A stretch of 64,000 nucleotides of DNA, from contig NMRA01000086.1 in the NCBI GenBank assembly GCA_002633005.1, positions 124,001 through 188,000 on the forward strand. The letters are read 5' to 3'. This stretch comes from Phoronis australis. Taxonomy: Eukaryota; Animalia; Phoronida. Position 1 is the first letter of the stretch; every line of letters begins with the position of its first letter. This document shows positions 1-12,200 of this stretch, piece by piece. The translations under genes were made by a program, and so were the position numbers. The notes beneath the pieces were generated by a model. The model did no database searches, was not told where the DNA came from, and was given only the letters and a program-made list of their open reading frames with translations.

Positions 1-2858
1 AACAAAAGAAAAACGAATGTGTACAAACCGGAGTAAAATGCACTGATCTTTTTACTGGCATGACTTGTCAATGATGGGATCTTGGCAGTTTCCTTGGGAA
101 TCTGTAAATGTCAATGATCAAACCTTAACAACACTAGAAATATACGACTCAAAAAGTAAGTGTATCATCAATTTTTTGCACTTAATTCCAGGAAATTGAG
201 AACATGGACATCCATCATCCATGAAAAGTTCAATGGGGAATTCATGACGAATTGAAACACATCTTAGGAATTTTCCTCTTATAGAAAAAAGCATGGTTCT
301 ATGAAAATTTGCAGTCAGAACACAAAAGTCACTGATGTAAGCAGTCCAGTTTCTGGTTTCTGAACATGGCTTAAATTTAAAATGTTGAAGTAAACTGTTC
401 AAACTGAACCGCTTCAAGTAAATGACATGTGATCCTTAAATTTCTTTTAATGATAGAAATTCATTGCTTTCATGAAAAGGGTAACTTTAAAACAAGTTTG
501 TGAGACATCATTTGATGACTTTCATTTTTAAATAGTAATTGGGAATGAAAGGCACTGAAGTCCTTTTTATGAAAGTGAACCGCTACTTAAACCATTTTGT
601 GAATTTCACTTTCTGGCTACTGTTTCTACCTAAAAGCGTGTCCTCTCACTGCAACACAGAAATTGATACGTTGATCTCAATTTCTACGAAATTGGATTGT
701 CGATTAACTCTTCAGTAATTCATTAACAAATTGCTTTACACAACAAGAGGAACAGCAATGTCTCAATACATGTTCATCTAAGTTTCTGATAACAGCAGTT
801 GACGATTTCATCATAAAACCCTGGACAGTCCAGAATATCTACCACTGAAATTTTCACCTAGCCTAACATCCGCATAAATGAGCTGTGGCCAAACCAGATG
901 CCGTGATATCCAGGCAATAGATGTCACAAAAGAAGTCACACATGTCTAACTAAATGTAAGAAAATAGATGCTTAAATATTTGTATAAGCCAACGTGGAAC
1001 ACTGCGTAAAGAGAAAACTAAATACTTAATTACTGGCAGCAAACACGAGTATTAGTTCTGCATTTTAAATGCCCAAAACAGGGCTTGGAATGACCCATGA
1101 CAAAAAAAGAGGAAATTTTTACCGTCTAACTACACATTTCAATCTAAACCATACCTCAACAGATGGAAACTAAACATTATTATCACAAGATGCCCTCTTA
1201 ATGTGTCGTGTTGGCAAAATGCACTTATCTTTAGCAGTACCTAACATCTATTTCAGCAACAACAATGAAGGCAATTGGATGCAACAAAAATATTTTTTAA
1301 AATTAAAAAAGATAATGATGAAAAATTTGCAGTACGAGTGGCAGGAGCTTATTCTTGATTTGCTGCAGGGAAACCTATAGGCCTAAAATTATTTTCAATT
1401 CTTATAATTAAGATATAAAATTACAAAAACAAAAAAATTGTAAATCGATCCAAAGATTATATGGAAAGCCTGAAATACATACACATTTAATTCCAAAAAA
1501 TTTAATCAAAACGCAAATGGAAAAAAGTCGAGACGGAAACCTGTGGCTCATACCCCAACTGCTAGCATGGAAAAATGAAAGTAAAAACACACTTTAAACT
1601 ATAGAATGCAACAACCACAATCCTCAGTTGGCCAAACTTTTCAGTTTCAAATAGTAATTACAGGAGTTAACTGTTCGTAAGCCACGCTGGTGTAGAAGAA
1701 AGTATGTGACATAAGAAATAACTACCAGGACACTGAAAATAGGCTGGCGGAATTTGTAAACAATGGCTTAGACCAATCAGATCATTCAGAATCTGTCACG
1801 TGATCACTTGTCTCGAACTGCAAAACTCGAGTCCCAAAATAGAACACGAAAATGTCAAAATAAATTGAAATACATAAACGGCAATTTAAAACACATTTGC
1901 AGTAACGAAAATAGCACTTTGTATCCCGTTTCGTCGGCACATAGAAAATCGCACTCAGAAGGTCAGGCCTAGCACTAGCAGCCAACGGCAACGGGCGTGC
2001 ATGTGGGATCAAACAAAAGAATTTCATACATCACTCACATGCCACGATTCCAATCCAACGAATAACCGGTTACAGTTGAATTTCGTTTCAGGAAGCGTTG
2101 TTATTTCTAGCGTTTCATCGTTTTCAGGCGGTCCTCCGATTCTAACTTAGACTAGTCCGAGGGGACTCGGCCAAGCACTCCGTAATTGTTCCTCTCTCAA
2201 AGTTTACAGAGCACAAACCTTGACTTATGTTGTTTGTGGAGACATTGACCGTTTCTTTTATCCACTTTTTCCACGAAATATTCTGTCTACTCCACGCTCC
2301 ACGCATTTTTGACCGCAGAATCGCACTATTTGTCACCGCTATCCCAGGCACAAGCGCTTGAATTTATTTGTTCCTCGATTGCCGCTGATGTCACTCACTA
2401 CTAAGAAAACATGTTTCTTATGCATGGTTACAAGTCATCGGGAAATTCAAGCGCCTGTGATCTGCAAGTTCAATTTTCGTTCCTCCGAAACATAAAGAGC
2501 AGTTTCTGCTTTTCGAGTTGTCGGCAACGCCGCGGTGAGAAACCAATTTGCCGCGATAATTTTATGGCAAATACGATTTTTTCCGCAGAAATATAACGAA
2601 AATAAGTGGAGGGAATAAAAGAAAAAAGTGTAAATCAGCGTTTCTGTGGAAAATTCCAAGCCTTGCCAAAAAAGCAACCAAATATCTTTTAAATCTCAGA
2701 CATCTACAAAGAGAAACATGCTCTTTACTAACCACAATCGTTCTCAGAGCATTGCACATTATATAACCCAAAGTTCAAAAGTTGTACCAGTATGCTTTAT
2801 CTCCCTTGGATTGCAATTGTGTCAAAATACAGACATATATAATCAAGCTTGTGCTTAC

Positions 2859-2995
2859 CGTCGGTATCCCATCATCCTCTGGTTCCTCTAGTTGACTAGC
2901 AAGGTCATTGTCCTGACTAGCCACAATCTGACGGACAGCTGCCAGCATCTTACTAGCCGCCTCCCGCTTGGCCACCCTCTTACTCTTGGCAGCAC
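2859..2995 (-). CDS. TARBP2: dsRBP gene exon, dsRBM2 helix 2 and linker
   Basis: tttgtag|GTGCTGCC...CCGACG|gtaagc; GAAKSKRVAKREAASKMLAAV. Confidence 0.9.
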
Positions 2996-5900
2996 CTACA
3001 AACAATTTGTATCTCACTCAGTGCCCAGCAGACCCAAATGGTAAAACTCACCTATGTCAGACACCCACACGGCCCTAGATGCATAAATTTTTAGGCTGAA
3101 TATTGGCCCCATCTTCCAATGAAAAATATTCAAAAATCATGCGAAATTACCCTCAGGAGACCCAAACAGCCCAGTGATAACAAATTCTTCTCAAAGTTAG
3201 AATCACTCCTGCAAACTGGGTACTTGAGTCCTTACAGATGAGGGGTGGTGACAGGGGTTGAAATCAGCCATGATCAAGGGCAGAGGAATTTTCCTCTCGA
3301 CCAAAAAATTCCCCTCTAAGAAGGCACCGGCACCTTTCCCCTCGGGTATGTGAGACGGGCTCTGATGCATCAGTACAAAAAGCACATGATTTTAACAATT
3401 ATTCAGGTGCTAGTACCTGTAATTGGTGTACACGAGACTCACGTCATGAAACAAGTATTTTAAAATCGCAGTAGAGGAGCAAATTTGTGTTAAAAGGCTC
3501 ATAGTTTTCTGGGAACAGAAAATAAAAAAGACAATACAGTATGTCACATTACCTTAGTTGGTACGTATTTTCAAGTGTTTGAACTAGATTAACTAGTGAA
3601 AAGTCTTCAAATGGGACAAAGTTTCAAGATACGGTTGTTCAAGTTTGTGCACATCAAAGTTTGATCATACCACGCTCACTCTGATTAACTCCAACTAATG
3701 TGATTTTTACTGTACTTGATTACCTCTATCCACCAATAACAAACTCTCACAAAATTACAGCTCTTCAAATTTCCTGAATAACAGATATAGTTAGCCTAAC
3801 ACGTGCCTTGGATATGAAAAGAGCTTGGTTAATTTTCGCTTCCTTTGTGTGATAAGGAAATTTGTCAGTTCTTCAAAAACAGTAGTAGATTTGGGGCAAA
3901 GACAAAATCATACAAGCTTATTACCATGGAGACATATCACCCACCTGTCTCCTCCATCTTGCCTAGGGTGACCACGGCGATAAACTGGCGGGCATGGGGC
4001 GGTCCCTGTTCCGTGGGGAACTTGTAGATGGGCGGCCTCATAAGTCTCTTTTGAGTGAATTCTTGCAGTTCTCCGATCGGATTGCCAGGGATTCCGTCAT
4101 CGAATGGTGTCGCTGGCTGGCTAACAGGTCTGATGGGAGAAATAAAAATAACTATTCCTTATACAATAATGTTCATAATGCTTTATCTCACTTGACAGCT
4201 AATACTAGGATTAAGGACAAATAGAATCAGATCAATACAACATGTCATGAATCACCCATCTATATATTTCTAATTTATCTTTCCATGGATAGCGAGGTGA
4301 ATAAATACAATAATGGTTGATTTTTCAACAACTACCAAAAATAATGAATATTTCATTATTTCTTTATTAAATTAAAATGGTACAGAAGTATAGGTAATAT
4401 TAAGCAACAATTAATACTGATACTAATAGTGACCTGCACAGCACAGGTAGCATTGATACACTTTTCCAGTGTTCAGTCTATATTGCTACAAAACTATTTT
4501 CAAATACTAATTGATGTACGTGGGTCAACTATGCAGTACCTGGTCACCACAACACAACACAACACAACACAACACAACACAACACAACACAACACATTCA
4601 ACTTTTTGAAATTCTTTCCGACATTTAAATGCGTCAGCAGCAGTTACCGAAAATGGACAATTCCTTCAAAAAAATTAGTAAAGAAATGATCATGCAAGAA
4701 TAATAAAATGCTTAATGCGACTTACTTGTCCTGTTCAAGATTGACCTCGGGCATTTCACCATTGACAGCGCCCATCATTCGCAGTGCCATCGCTGCAGCT
4801 GCATGCCTGGCCTTCTTTTTGCTAGACCCTGAAAACAAATTGATTTGATCTCCACGAAAATTCACATTTAATCCAGTCATGTATAAGTCTGATTATAACT
4901 CAACCTTCCACAAGTTCCGCGGTACAGTTGTTCAAGTTCATGCACTCGGCCCATCACATAGTTTGGATTTCCCCTCACTTCTGTAAAATATCTCCATCCG
5001 CTTGGATCCAAATTACATACCTTTAACTGTACCTTGAACAAACCACCATGGTGATAAACACCAGACTTCTAACCAAGAAAGGGTGGAAAAATGAGAGTGC
5101 CAGTTACATCTTAAATAACACGTAACAACATAAGCAAAACACTGTTAGGAAAAGTACCTTTAGCATCACCATATGTACTATCAATACAATTATTATTATT
5201 ATTATTATTATTATTATTTTTATTAATATTACATTATCGAAATTATTACTACCATAAGCATTATAAACTTTTTTACATTTTATTTCTGTATCTACAGGAT
5301 CCGAGTGACCTGCTTACAAGGAATACATCTGCACCTATTATCATCTTCATTGTTACCCCACTTTCACTATCATTATAATTATCATAGTCACAACTATAAT
5401 CATTGTTATTGTTAGCACTATTATTACTACCACCACTATCATCATTATTGATAATTATAATACAATCTCACAAGTAGAATTCCAGTAATAACACTATTGT
5501 TTAGCATGTAAAGAACCATTGAGTACAAGATTCTGCTGAATGAACGCTTTTTAGAACTGAATTTCCAAGTGTCAAATAAATTTTTAGGAAACTGGAGAAA
5601 ATAGGGCGCCGTGCAATTGCTAACACAGTGTAAATGGGCTTTGGTTGAAATTTCAAACTTAATTCGAGTCAACACGTTGACAATGAAGAATATAGAGACT
5701 ATTGCATCAATCGTAATTCGACAGGTAAACAAAATTTCTTTAAAAAATAGAAAAAAAATTTAAGAATTCATTTTTCCTTGCAGACTTAGTAGACTGTTAT
5801 ACTGATAATGATTAACTGAAGTTATCTTCCAAGAAATTTAAAGTCAAGAAAGAGCAAGAATCCAATTCATCAGTTGGCGCATTTGGCAGTGACTGAGTAA

Positions 5901-6577
5901 GTCACCTAAAAGCAAATTTGGCAATAAAACAGATTGAAACTTGATTAAACATCTCACAACACTATGCAGGAAAGTTTGCCTCAATCACAGCTCCTTGGTT
6001 TCAAACTGCACCAGTGATCTAAAGGAATATCATAAATTGATATACAGCACCCTGTATAGTGTGCACTCCAAAAACAGACCTTTGCCTGTGCCAGTGAAGT
6101 TTCCAGCAACGACTTGGTACTTGAATATGGGTTCGTGTACAGCGCCCTCATTGGCAACTAGACTGTAGGTAGGAGTTATGGTTCTCTTTGTGCACAGTTC
6201 CTGAAGGAGACTGATGGCTGTCTTCCCACCGAATAGCGCGGTGGCTGTCTGCAAAAGATTAGACGACCATCACAACAACGCAATTCGACCGATAACACCT
6301 CATTACAGGCAGGAACAGTACCTTTGATTCAGTGTCCAATGTTCAACTGATCGACTCCAGAGCTAAAAAGACCAAATGTATATATGTCAAAAAAATGAAG
6401 CATGACAACAAAAATAAATAACGCAAAAGTATAATTTTTGACAACCAAAACATTTACGTCCAACCAAAACTCAGATTAATAACAAAAACTCAACCAAAAT
6501 TTAAGTCTTTAACACAAAAATAACAAAAAACAAAAGTGTAAAGATACGAGATAACGTACCTTTTGCTGATCTGACAT
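2859..6577 (-). CDS. TARBP2: dsRNA-binding protein of the TRBP/PACT/Loquacious family (RISC-loading/Dicer partner); 5 coding exons, 3' part incomplete in window
   Basis: Exons 6577-6560, 6248-6080, 4828-4726, 4129-3945 and 2995-2859 join with GT-AG sites and consistent phases. They give dsRBM1 (KTAISLLQELCTKRTITPTYSLVANEGAVHEPIFKYQV...GKGSSKKKARHAAA) and dsRBM2 (GNPIGELQEFTQKRLMRPPIYKF...GPPHARQF...GAAKSKRVAKREAASKML). The last exon ends at a donor, so the third domain presumably lies left of the window. TARBP2 vs PRKRA orthology cannot be resolved. Confidence 0.9.
3945..4129 (-). CDS. TARBP2: dsRBP gene exon, dsRBM2 first part
   Basis: cccatcag|ACCT...GAGACAG|gtgggt; DDGIPGNPIGELQEF...EQGPPHARQFIAVVTLG. 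Confidence 0.9.
4549..4595. repeat. (CAACA)n pentanucleotide microsatellite
   Basis: About 9 direct copies of acaac. Confidence 0.95.
4726..4828 (-). CDS. TARBP2: dsRBP gene exon, dsRBM1 helix 2 and linker
   Basis: ttttcag|GGTCTAGC...GACAA|gtaagt; GSSKKKARHAAAAMALRMM. Confidence 0.9.
5188..5222. repeat. (TTA)n microsatellite
   Basis: Run of tattattat. Confidence 0.9.
6080..6248 (-). CDS. TARBP2: dsRBP gene exon, dsRBM1 first part
   Basis: tttgcag|ACAGCC...GGCAAAG|gtctg; TATALFGGKTAISLLQELC...FTGTGK. Confidence 0.9.
6560..6577 (-). CDS. TARBP2: dsRBP gene first coding exon (MSDQQK)
   Basis: catttcag acceptor, aataatATG, AAG|gtacgt donor; phase 0 matches the next exon. Confidence 0.65.
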
Positions 6578-8250
6578 ATTATTCGTCTTAATCTGAAATG
6601 AAAGCAAAGCAAGTTAAAAACTGAAATCACAAATCAAGGAAAATCAACCAGATATTTGATTTGAGACCAGATGGAAATTGAGCAGCAACAGAAATCTTAG
6701 TTATGTATTAACAACAGCTGGTGTATAGTACTATATTCCACGCATACTTCTCAAAATGTTTTATGGAATCAGTGCTATAACTAAACACTATCTTAAACAC
6801 AAAGAGTACGAGATGCACGTTCTAAAAATAAGCGAGAAAAAAGCAAGACCACATAAAACCATGCGACAGGTGACCGTTTCCTAAGCTCAGGACCCGACTT
6901 GCCTATGGTACCAAACTGGCGTCCAATGGAAATGAACAGCAAAAGCAAATTCTAAAACGAGGAGTCCAGAACATTGGGAGAATTTCATTTCATCAGAATT
7001 TCAATGGCTTTTGGATGCATTACTCCCCTGCTCAGGAGGATGTGCTCTCATAAACTCGAAAATAAATTGTAACCCAGAAAAATTGACCTGGGTCATTGGT
7101 GAATTTTTGTTTACATCTTCGAAAACACCGGATGGTTTGCTAATTGTTACTTGGTTTGATTGTACAGTTTTGTACATCATACGATGGAGATTTACAAAAA
7201 TGCCAGGCTACTGCCTTCAGGAGACACCACGGGCAGCCAAATCTAAATTTTCGTGAATGATAACTTTTCCCCTGAACAAAACTTATTGTACTTCATTTTC
7301 TTTTATTACACTTCACATCCTAAGTCGAGTATTCCAGTCGAGGTTCTTATTCATTCCCTAACAATTCACGCACTCACTAGTAAGACCGAGCTTAAGAGTA
7401 GGAGACATGTCGCACTATGCTCGATTGTCTACCAGCAACGCCAGGATTTAAACCAGAGTCTCCCAAACGAGAGTCCTGAGCTAAAATCCTTGAACTACAC
7501 TGTCTCCTACTCTCCCAATTGGGAGAATGTCTTCCAAATAAGAAAAAATTCTACACATGGAAAGACATCACCCAATTGTGAGAAAATCTCCCAATTTGAG
7601 AGTTAACCTCTCTTTAAGTTTAATTGTTACTGAACTGGACCCGATTCAGTAACTGGTCGGCTAGGCTGAAAATACTTAGTTACAGACAGGTTACAACATA
7701 CGTGTCTAGGGTGGAATCATTAAATTATTCGACCGAATTCTCTTTTCATGATTTATTCCATCTCCAGTAACACTTCACACTCTAGGTCGAGTATTCTGAA
7801 GTGGGGTAATGTTATGAAATTAGAAGTGCAATCGTGAGATGTGTGTATGTACAAGAGTGCTATGTGAGGGTACAGCGCAGTGTGTTTGTAATGATGTCAA
7901 ACACGAGAAGGGCTCTCTGGAAGTGATCCAGAGAGGCAGCACCAACCATGTGGGCTGGTAGCTTGATCCATGTAGACGAAGGAGTTTTGTAGGTATGCAG
8001 TGTGACACTGAGGTGTCATGAAGTACTTACAGTGGCATCTACATGTAGGGGTACTAATGGAGGGATACAAATAGGTAACGGGAATGGCAAAGGACAATTT
8101 TATAGAATATAGAAAGTTTGTAGATGTAGCGGCAGAGTTTGAGGGTTTGCCAATTTAACGATTCGATGATTTCCCTGACTGAGGAAGTATTGTGGTATCT
8201 ATTCAGGGTAAATCTCGCAGCTCATCGCTGCACAATTTCAATCATGCCTG

Positions 8251-8700
8251 TAGACAGTGACCACCATCTCTAGCTGACTAGAGGCAGTGTAACTCCTATA
8301 GGAGCTTCATACACCGGAAGCTTTTAAGCGAATTATGCCTCACACTGACTAAAACATCTAAGTCACATTTGTTATATACCTTTTGCGATAACTGGCCTTT
8401 TATACACTGCGTATGCCAAGGGATATGACGTCATACCACCTGCTGCGTGCAGTGTTGAAAATGGCGAGTTTCCAATTTTGAGAACTTTAGGAGGGACTGC
8501 TCGAAAAAAGCTTAATAACGTAAATAACGGGAATATTTCTTCGAGTTGGAAGGAATTAAACACATCGACAGCCTCCCGCTACGCGCAACAGTTATTTATA
8601 ACAACGTGACCTTGATGTTTTAGTCAGTGTGAGGCTTAATGTGCCGAAAAGCTTCCGTGTATGAAGCTCCTGTAGGAGCTACACCGTCTCTCGTCAGCTA
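8251..8700. mobile_element. Palindromic MITE family A, copy 1 (long imperfect TIRs)
   Basis: 8271-8375 (tagctgacta...gcctcacactgactaaaacatc) is inverted at ~8600-8700; a related copy lies at 9584-10068. Confidence 0.8.
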
Positions 8701-9099
8701 AACAGTCACCATCTATCTTGCCTTGTGAGTGCGAGCTTTTGTGTGAGGTGACCATACTGTTGAGCAGTACTCTAGGTTATTCCACAAGCAAAGATTTTGC
8801 AAGTTTTATATTATCTGTTGAATGCCTACGCAATGCATCGCCTATGTACGACACAGGCATAGGTCTACGGGCTTGTGCCTTGCTTCACCTGGCGAGTCGC
8901 GGTAAACGTGAACAAAAGAGAGAAACCGGCGAAAACGGCATCGGAATAATACCGATATTTGACAGCATGGTGCCTCAAATTTGATAGTATTGAATAATGG
9001 AATATTTAAACAACAGATGGCACCCGAAGGCGTAATAAAATAGCTCTAAATTACTTCAGAGATGTACAAAATCCTTGGCAATCCGGAATTCACTTCGCC

Positions 9100-9175
9100 C
9101 TTGAGAAACGGAAGTAATGTCTTTTAGTTAACAGTGCGCATGTTCAGTGTAAATTTAAACATGGCGGCGCCCTAG
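9100..9175. promoter_or_regulatory. Putative bidirectional promoter between the dsRBP gene and ERCC3
   Basis: ETS-type CGGAAGT 9109-9115, NRF1-like TGCGCATG 9135-9142 and YY1-type AACATGGCGGC 9158-9168 cluster 85-145 bp upstream of the XPB ATG. A candidate minus-strand 5'UTR donor CAG|gtgaag lies at 8889. Confidence 0.65.
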
Positions 9176-9253
9176 TTGAATTTCGTGCTGACATGACTTG
9201 TTTTTGTTATTTTCAAGCAGCACAGCCGCGACTCACTGAATTTTTCGGATATA

Positions 9254-9281
9254 ATGGGAAAACGTGATAGAAAAGAAAAAG
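9254..9281 (+). CDS. ERCC3: ERCC3 exon 1 (coding part)
   Basis: MGKRDRKEK+G; phase 1 requires a GC donor at 9282. Confidence 0.75.
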
Positions 9282-12200
9282 GCAATGTATCACCATTTTT
9301 TAGTAACTATTATTTTGTGGACAAACAAAAGATAATTAAAAGATGTATGGTCTATGACTCTATGAGTCTATAAGTATAATGACATAAAATTGTTATGAAT
9401 ATGTACATTACTTACAAGTCAAATTTTACATTGAAATGTTCTGTTCCTATTTTATCATTGTACAGGTGAGAGGAAGTCCAAACGAACAAAGTATGAAGAA
9501 AAAGATATCGACTATGATGAAGACACCAGCCAGAGTGCTGATATGGGTAATTTTAGTGGTTTCAAAGTTCTAATTTTTCAGCTAATTATGCCTCACACTG
9601 ATTAAAAAATCAAAGTCATGTTCTTATAAGTACCTTTTGCGCATGGAGGGACACCTTAAGAGACCATTGATGTATTTAAGTCATTCCAACTCGACGAAAT
9701 ACTCCCATTATCAAACTTTTTCTTCGTGCAGTCCCTTGTTCAGTTCCCAAAATTGGTAACTCGCAATTTTTAACAGTTCGCGCGGCAGGTGGTATGATGT
9801 CATATCCCCTGGCATGCGCGGTGTAAAACTAACGAGTTACCGATTTTGGGAACTGAACGAGGGACTGCTCGAAGAAAAAGTTAGATTTCGGAGTATTAGT
9901 TGGAGTTGGAAGGAATTAAAAATATCGACGGCTCCTAAAGTTTATAAAAACGTTACTTTGATGTTTTAGTCAGTGTGAGGCATAATTCACCAAAAAGCTT
10001 CCGTCGTATGAAGCGCCTATTGGAGCTCCACCGTCTGTAGTTTAACTAGATATGGTGGTCACTGCCTAGTAACAATGTTGCTGTGTTGTTAAAGTTTCAC
10101 ACAGTTTTAGTTAGGTCAAGTCAGTATATGACAAACTGTAATGAATCTAGTTCAGGGTTGTGATTCATTCCATTAAAGTCGATGGTGTTTTCAAGTGTAT
10201 TTAGAAACTTTCTGTATTAAAGTATTAAAACAACGGTTCCACCGTCAAACATGAACCAAAACAACTGTCTTTCTAAGCTTGTATTGCATGATATCTAAGA
10301 TATTTTAGTGTTTAAATAAAAATAAACTTCAAGTGTCTACTTCGGTTACTCGAGGTTATGGGTTGGAGTCCCACTAGGTCACAGTGTTTGACCCATGAGT
10401 CAGGTTTCTAGCTCATCAGTTTGATTTGGTTTCAGGTGATCAGTGCAATAGGCCCACATGTGCAGCTGTGCATGTCTGGTAAAACGTCTAACACACAACC
10501 TACAATTATTTTTTATGTTTGTTCTCTGTAGTGTTCAGATATCATAACACATCATTTAGTTAAATTACCGTAATCGTTCGGGTTAACGCCCTGGGCGGTT
10601 AAATTGGCGAACCCAAAAAATCGGGGGTGGGCGGTTAACCAGACATGGGCGCTTAAACGTGAAATTTCAAGAAATCGGGGGGGGGGGGGGTAACTGAACA
10701 TGGGCGCTTATTACGACCGGCAACCGCCCTGGGCGGTTAATCTTACCTTATGATCTGAGTCACCACACGTACTAAGCCACATACTGGGATCGCCTAACAC
10801 TTTGAAAAGAACTTTATCGCCACCAAGTGCGTACTCTGCGCACTCTAATTAACAAATAGTTTCGAAAATGTAGAGTGTGGTCAAACTCCGAACGCTTGCA
10901 TAGAAAGTTTGCTACATAATATGGCGCCTCAGGTGAGACCGATTATTGCGAATTATGCTCATTATTTCACTATACTTCGCAGACGTTGAACATGTTCACC
11001 TGCGTAGCAGACGGTAGCTGTGCTGTCGTTTTAACCCAGTTGTGGTCACGTGCTGACCCATTTTTCCTGTGATCAGTGCACTCCCATAATAAACAACTTA
11101 ACTGACGGTCACGTAGACAAGGACTACCAGCAGTTCCGAATTTCAGTTCAAAATCATTTCGAGATAACAGAATGTACTCCTGGTCTGAATGGTCAAAAAG
11201 CATAAAAATGTATAATCAATCACGAAATCGGGTTCAACTATTCAGCTGCCATGCACTGTCGATTCGCCTGTTTATGTTGCCGGTATGTGGAGTTGACATG
11301 TACGGTACTCTGGCCTTTCAATGGCTAAATACAATAACAAACTTTTTGTTAACAAACTCTACATTCAAAAAATTGCCACCAAGTTACATTGCAAAACACA
11401 AACACGAGTTTCTGTCTACACTCGCGTTTTTACTGGTCGACTTAGCAAACAAGAAGTCGGCCGATTCCAGTGTCGACCTTGAACAACCGTCGTTGCGGTT
11501 TTCGTTTCGACTGCGAGACGCAGCTTTTGTTAGCAAATGAAACCATCTATTCTCGGTAAAAATAATTCTTAGACGAAGCCTTAATTGTTCGGGTAAGTAA
11601 CCCCGGTTTACTATATGCGACGAAATTACCGTGACGAGAGTACTCGAAAGACGGGGATCTCGATAACCCGGCAATTACACTCACCAAAATATAAAGAATT
11701 TATCAACTTTTCGCGGTTTATGGGAATTCTTCAAAATCCCGAGAGCTTACAACCTAAAGCGCATTCAGAGGGTTGGCAAAAGCAATGTCACATTTCTCTG
11801 ACCTGGTTATTTCGAATGCATCTTTTATATAGTGCACTGTAGTCGATAACTCAGTGCGGCAGAGATTGTGGCTGAAAGTGGAGGTGTAGACGCCAGCGCG
11901 GTTCCTAAAGTTTGCGAACATGAGAAGAAAAGAAAGTGACAAAGTGTTCAAGTATTACATTTTGAAGTTAATCGATGACCCGTTACAATAATTTGTTACT
12001 GGTATCATAATTCACATTGCTAAACCGCGGTCTCTGAGGCCGTCGTTGCACTCAATGTTATCATCGATCTTAATCTAAAAGGTCGGGGATTCGCGTTTCC
12101 TATTAGCACAGGGCGGTAATCACCAATCGTCAAAAGTAGGGGATGGGCGGTTAACCGAGCAGTGGGCGGTTAATTGGAAATCTTCAAAAATAGCAGGGGG

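Noticed and set aside
858-946. Possible further dsRBP exon (ag...gtgaaa-bounded open stretch on the minus strand)
   Set aside because: The translation does not resemble the linker or third dsRBM of the family, and the acceptor is weak
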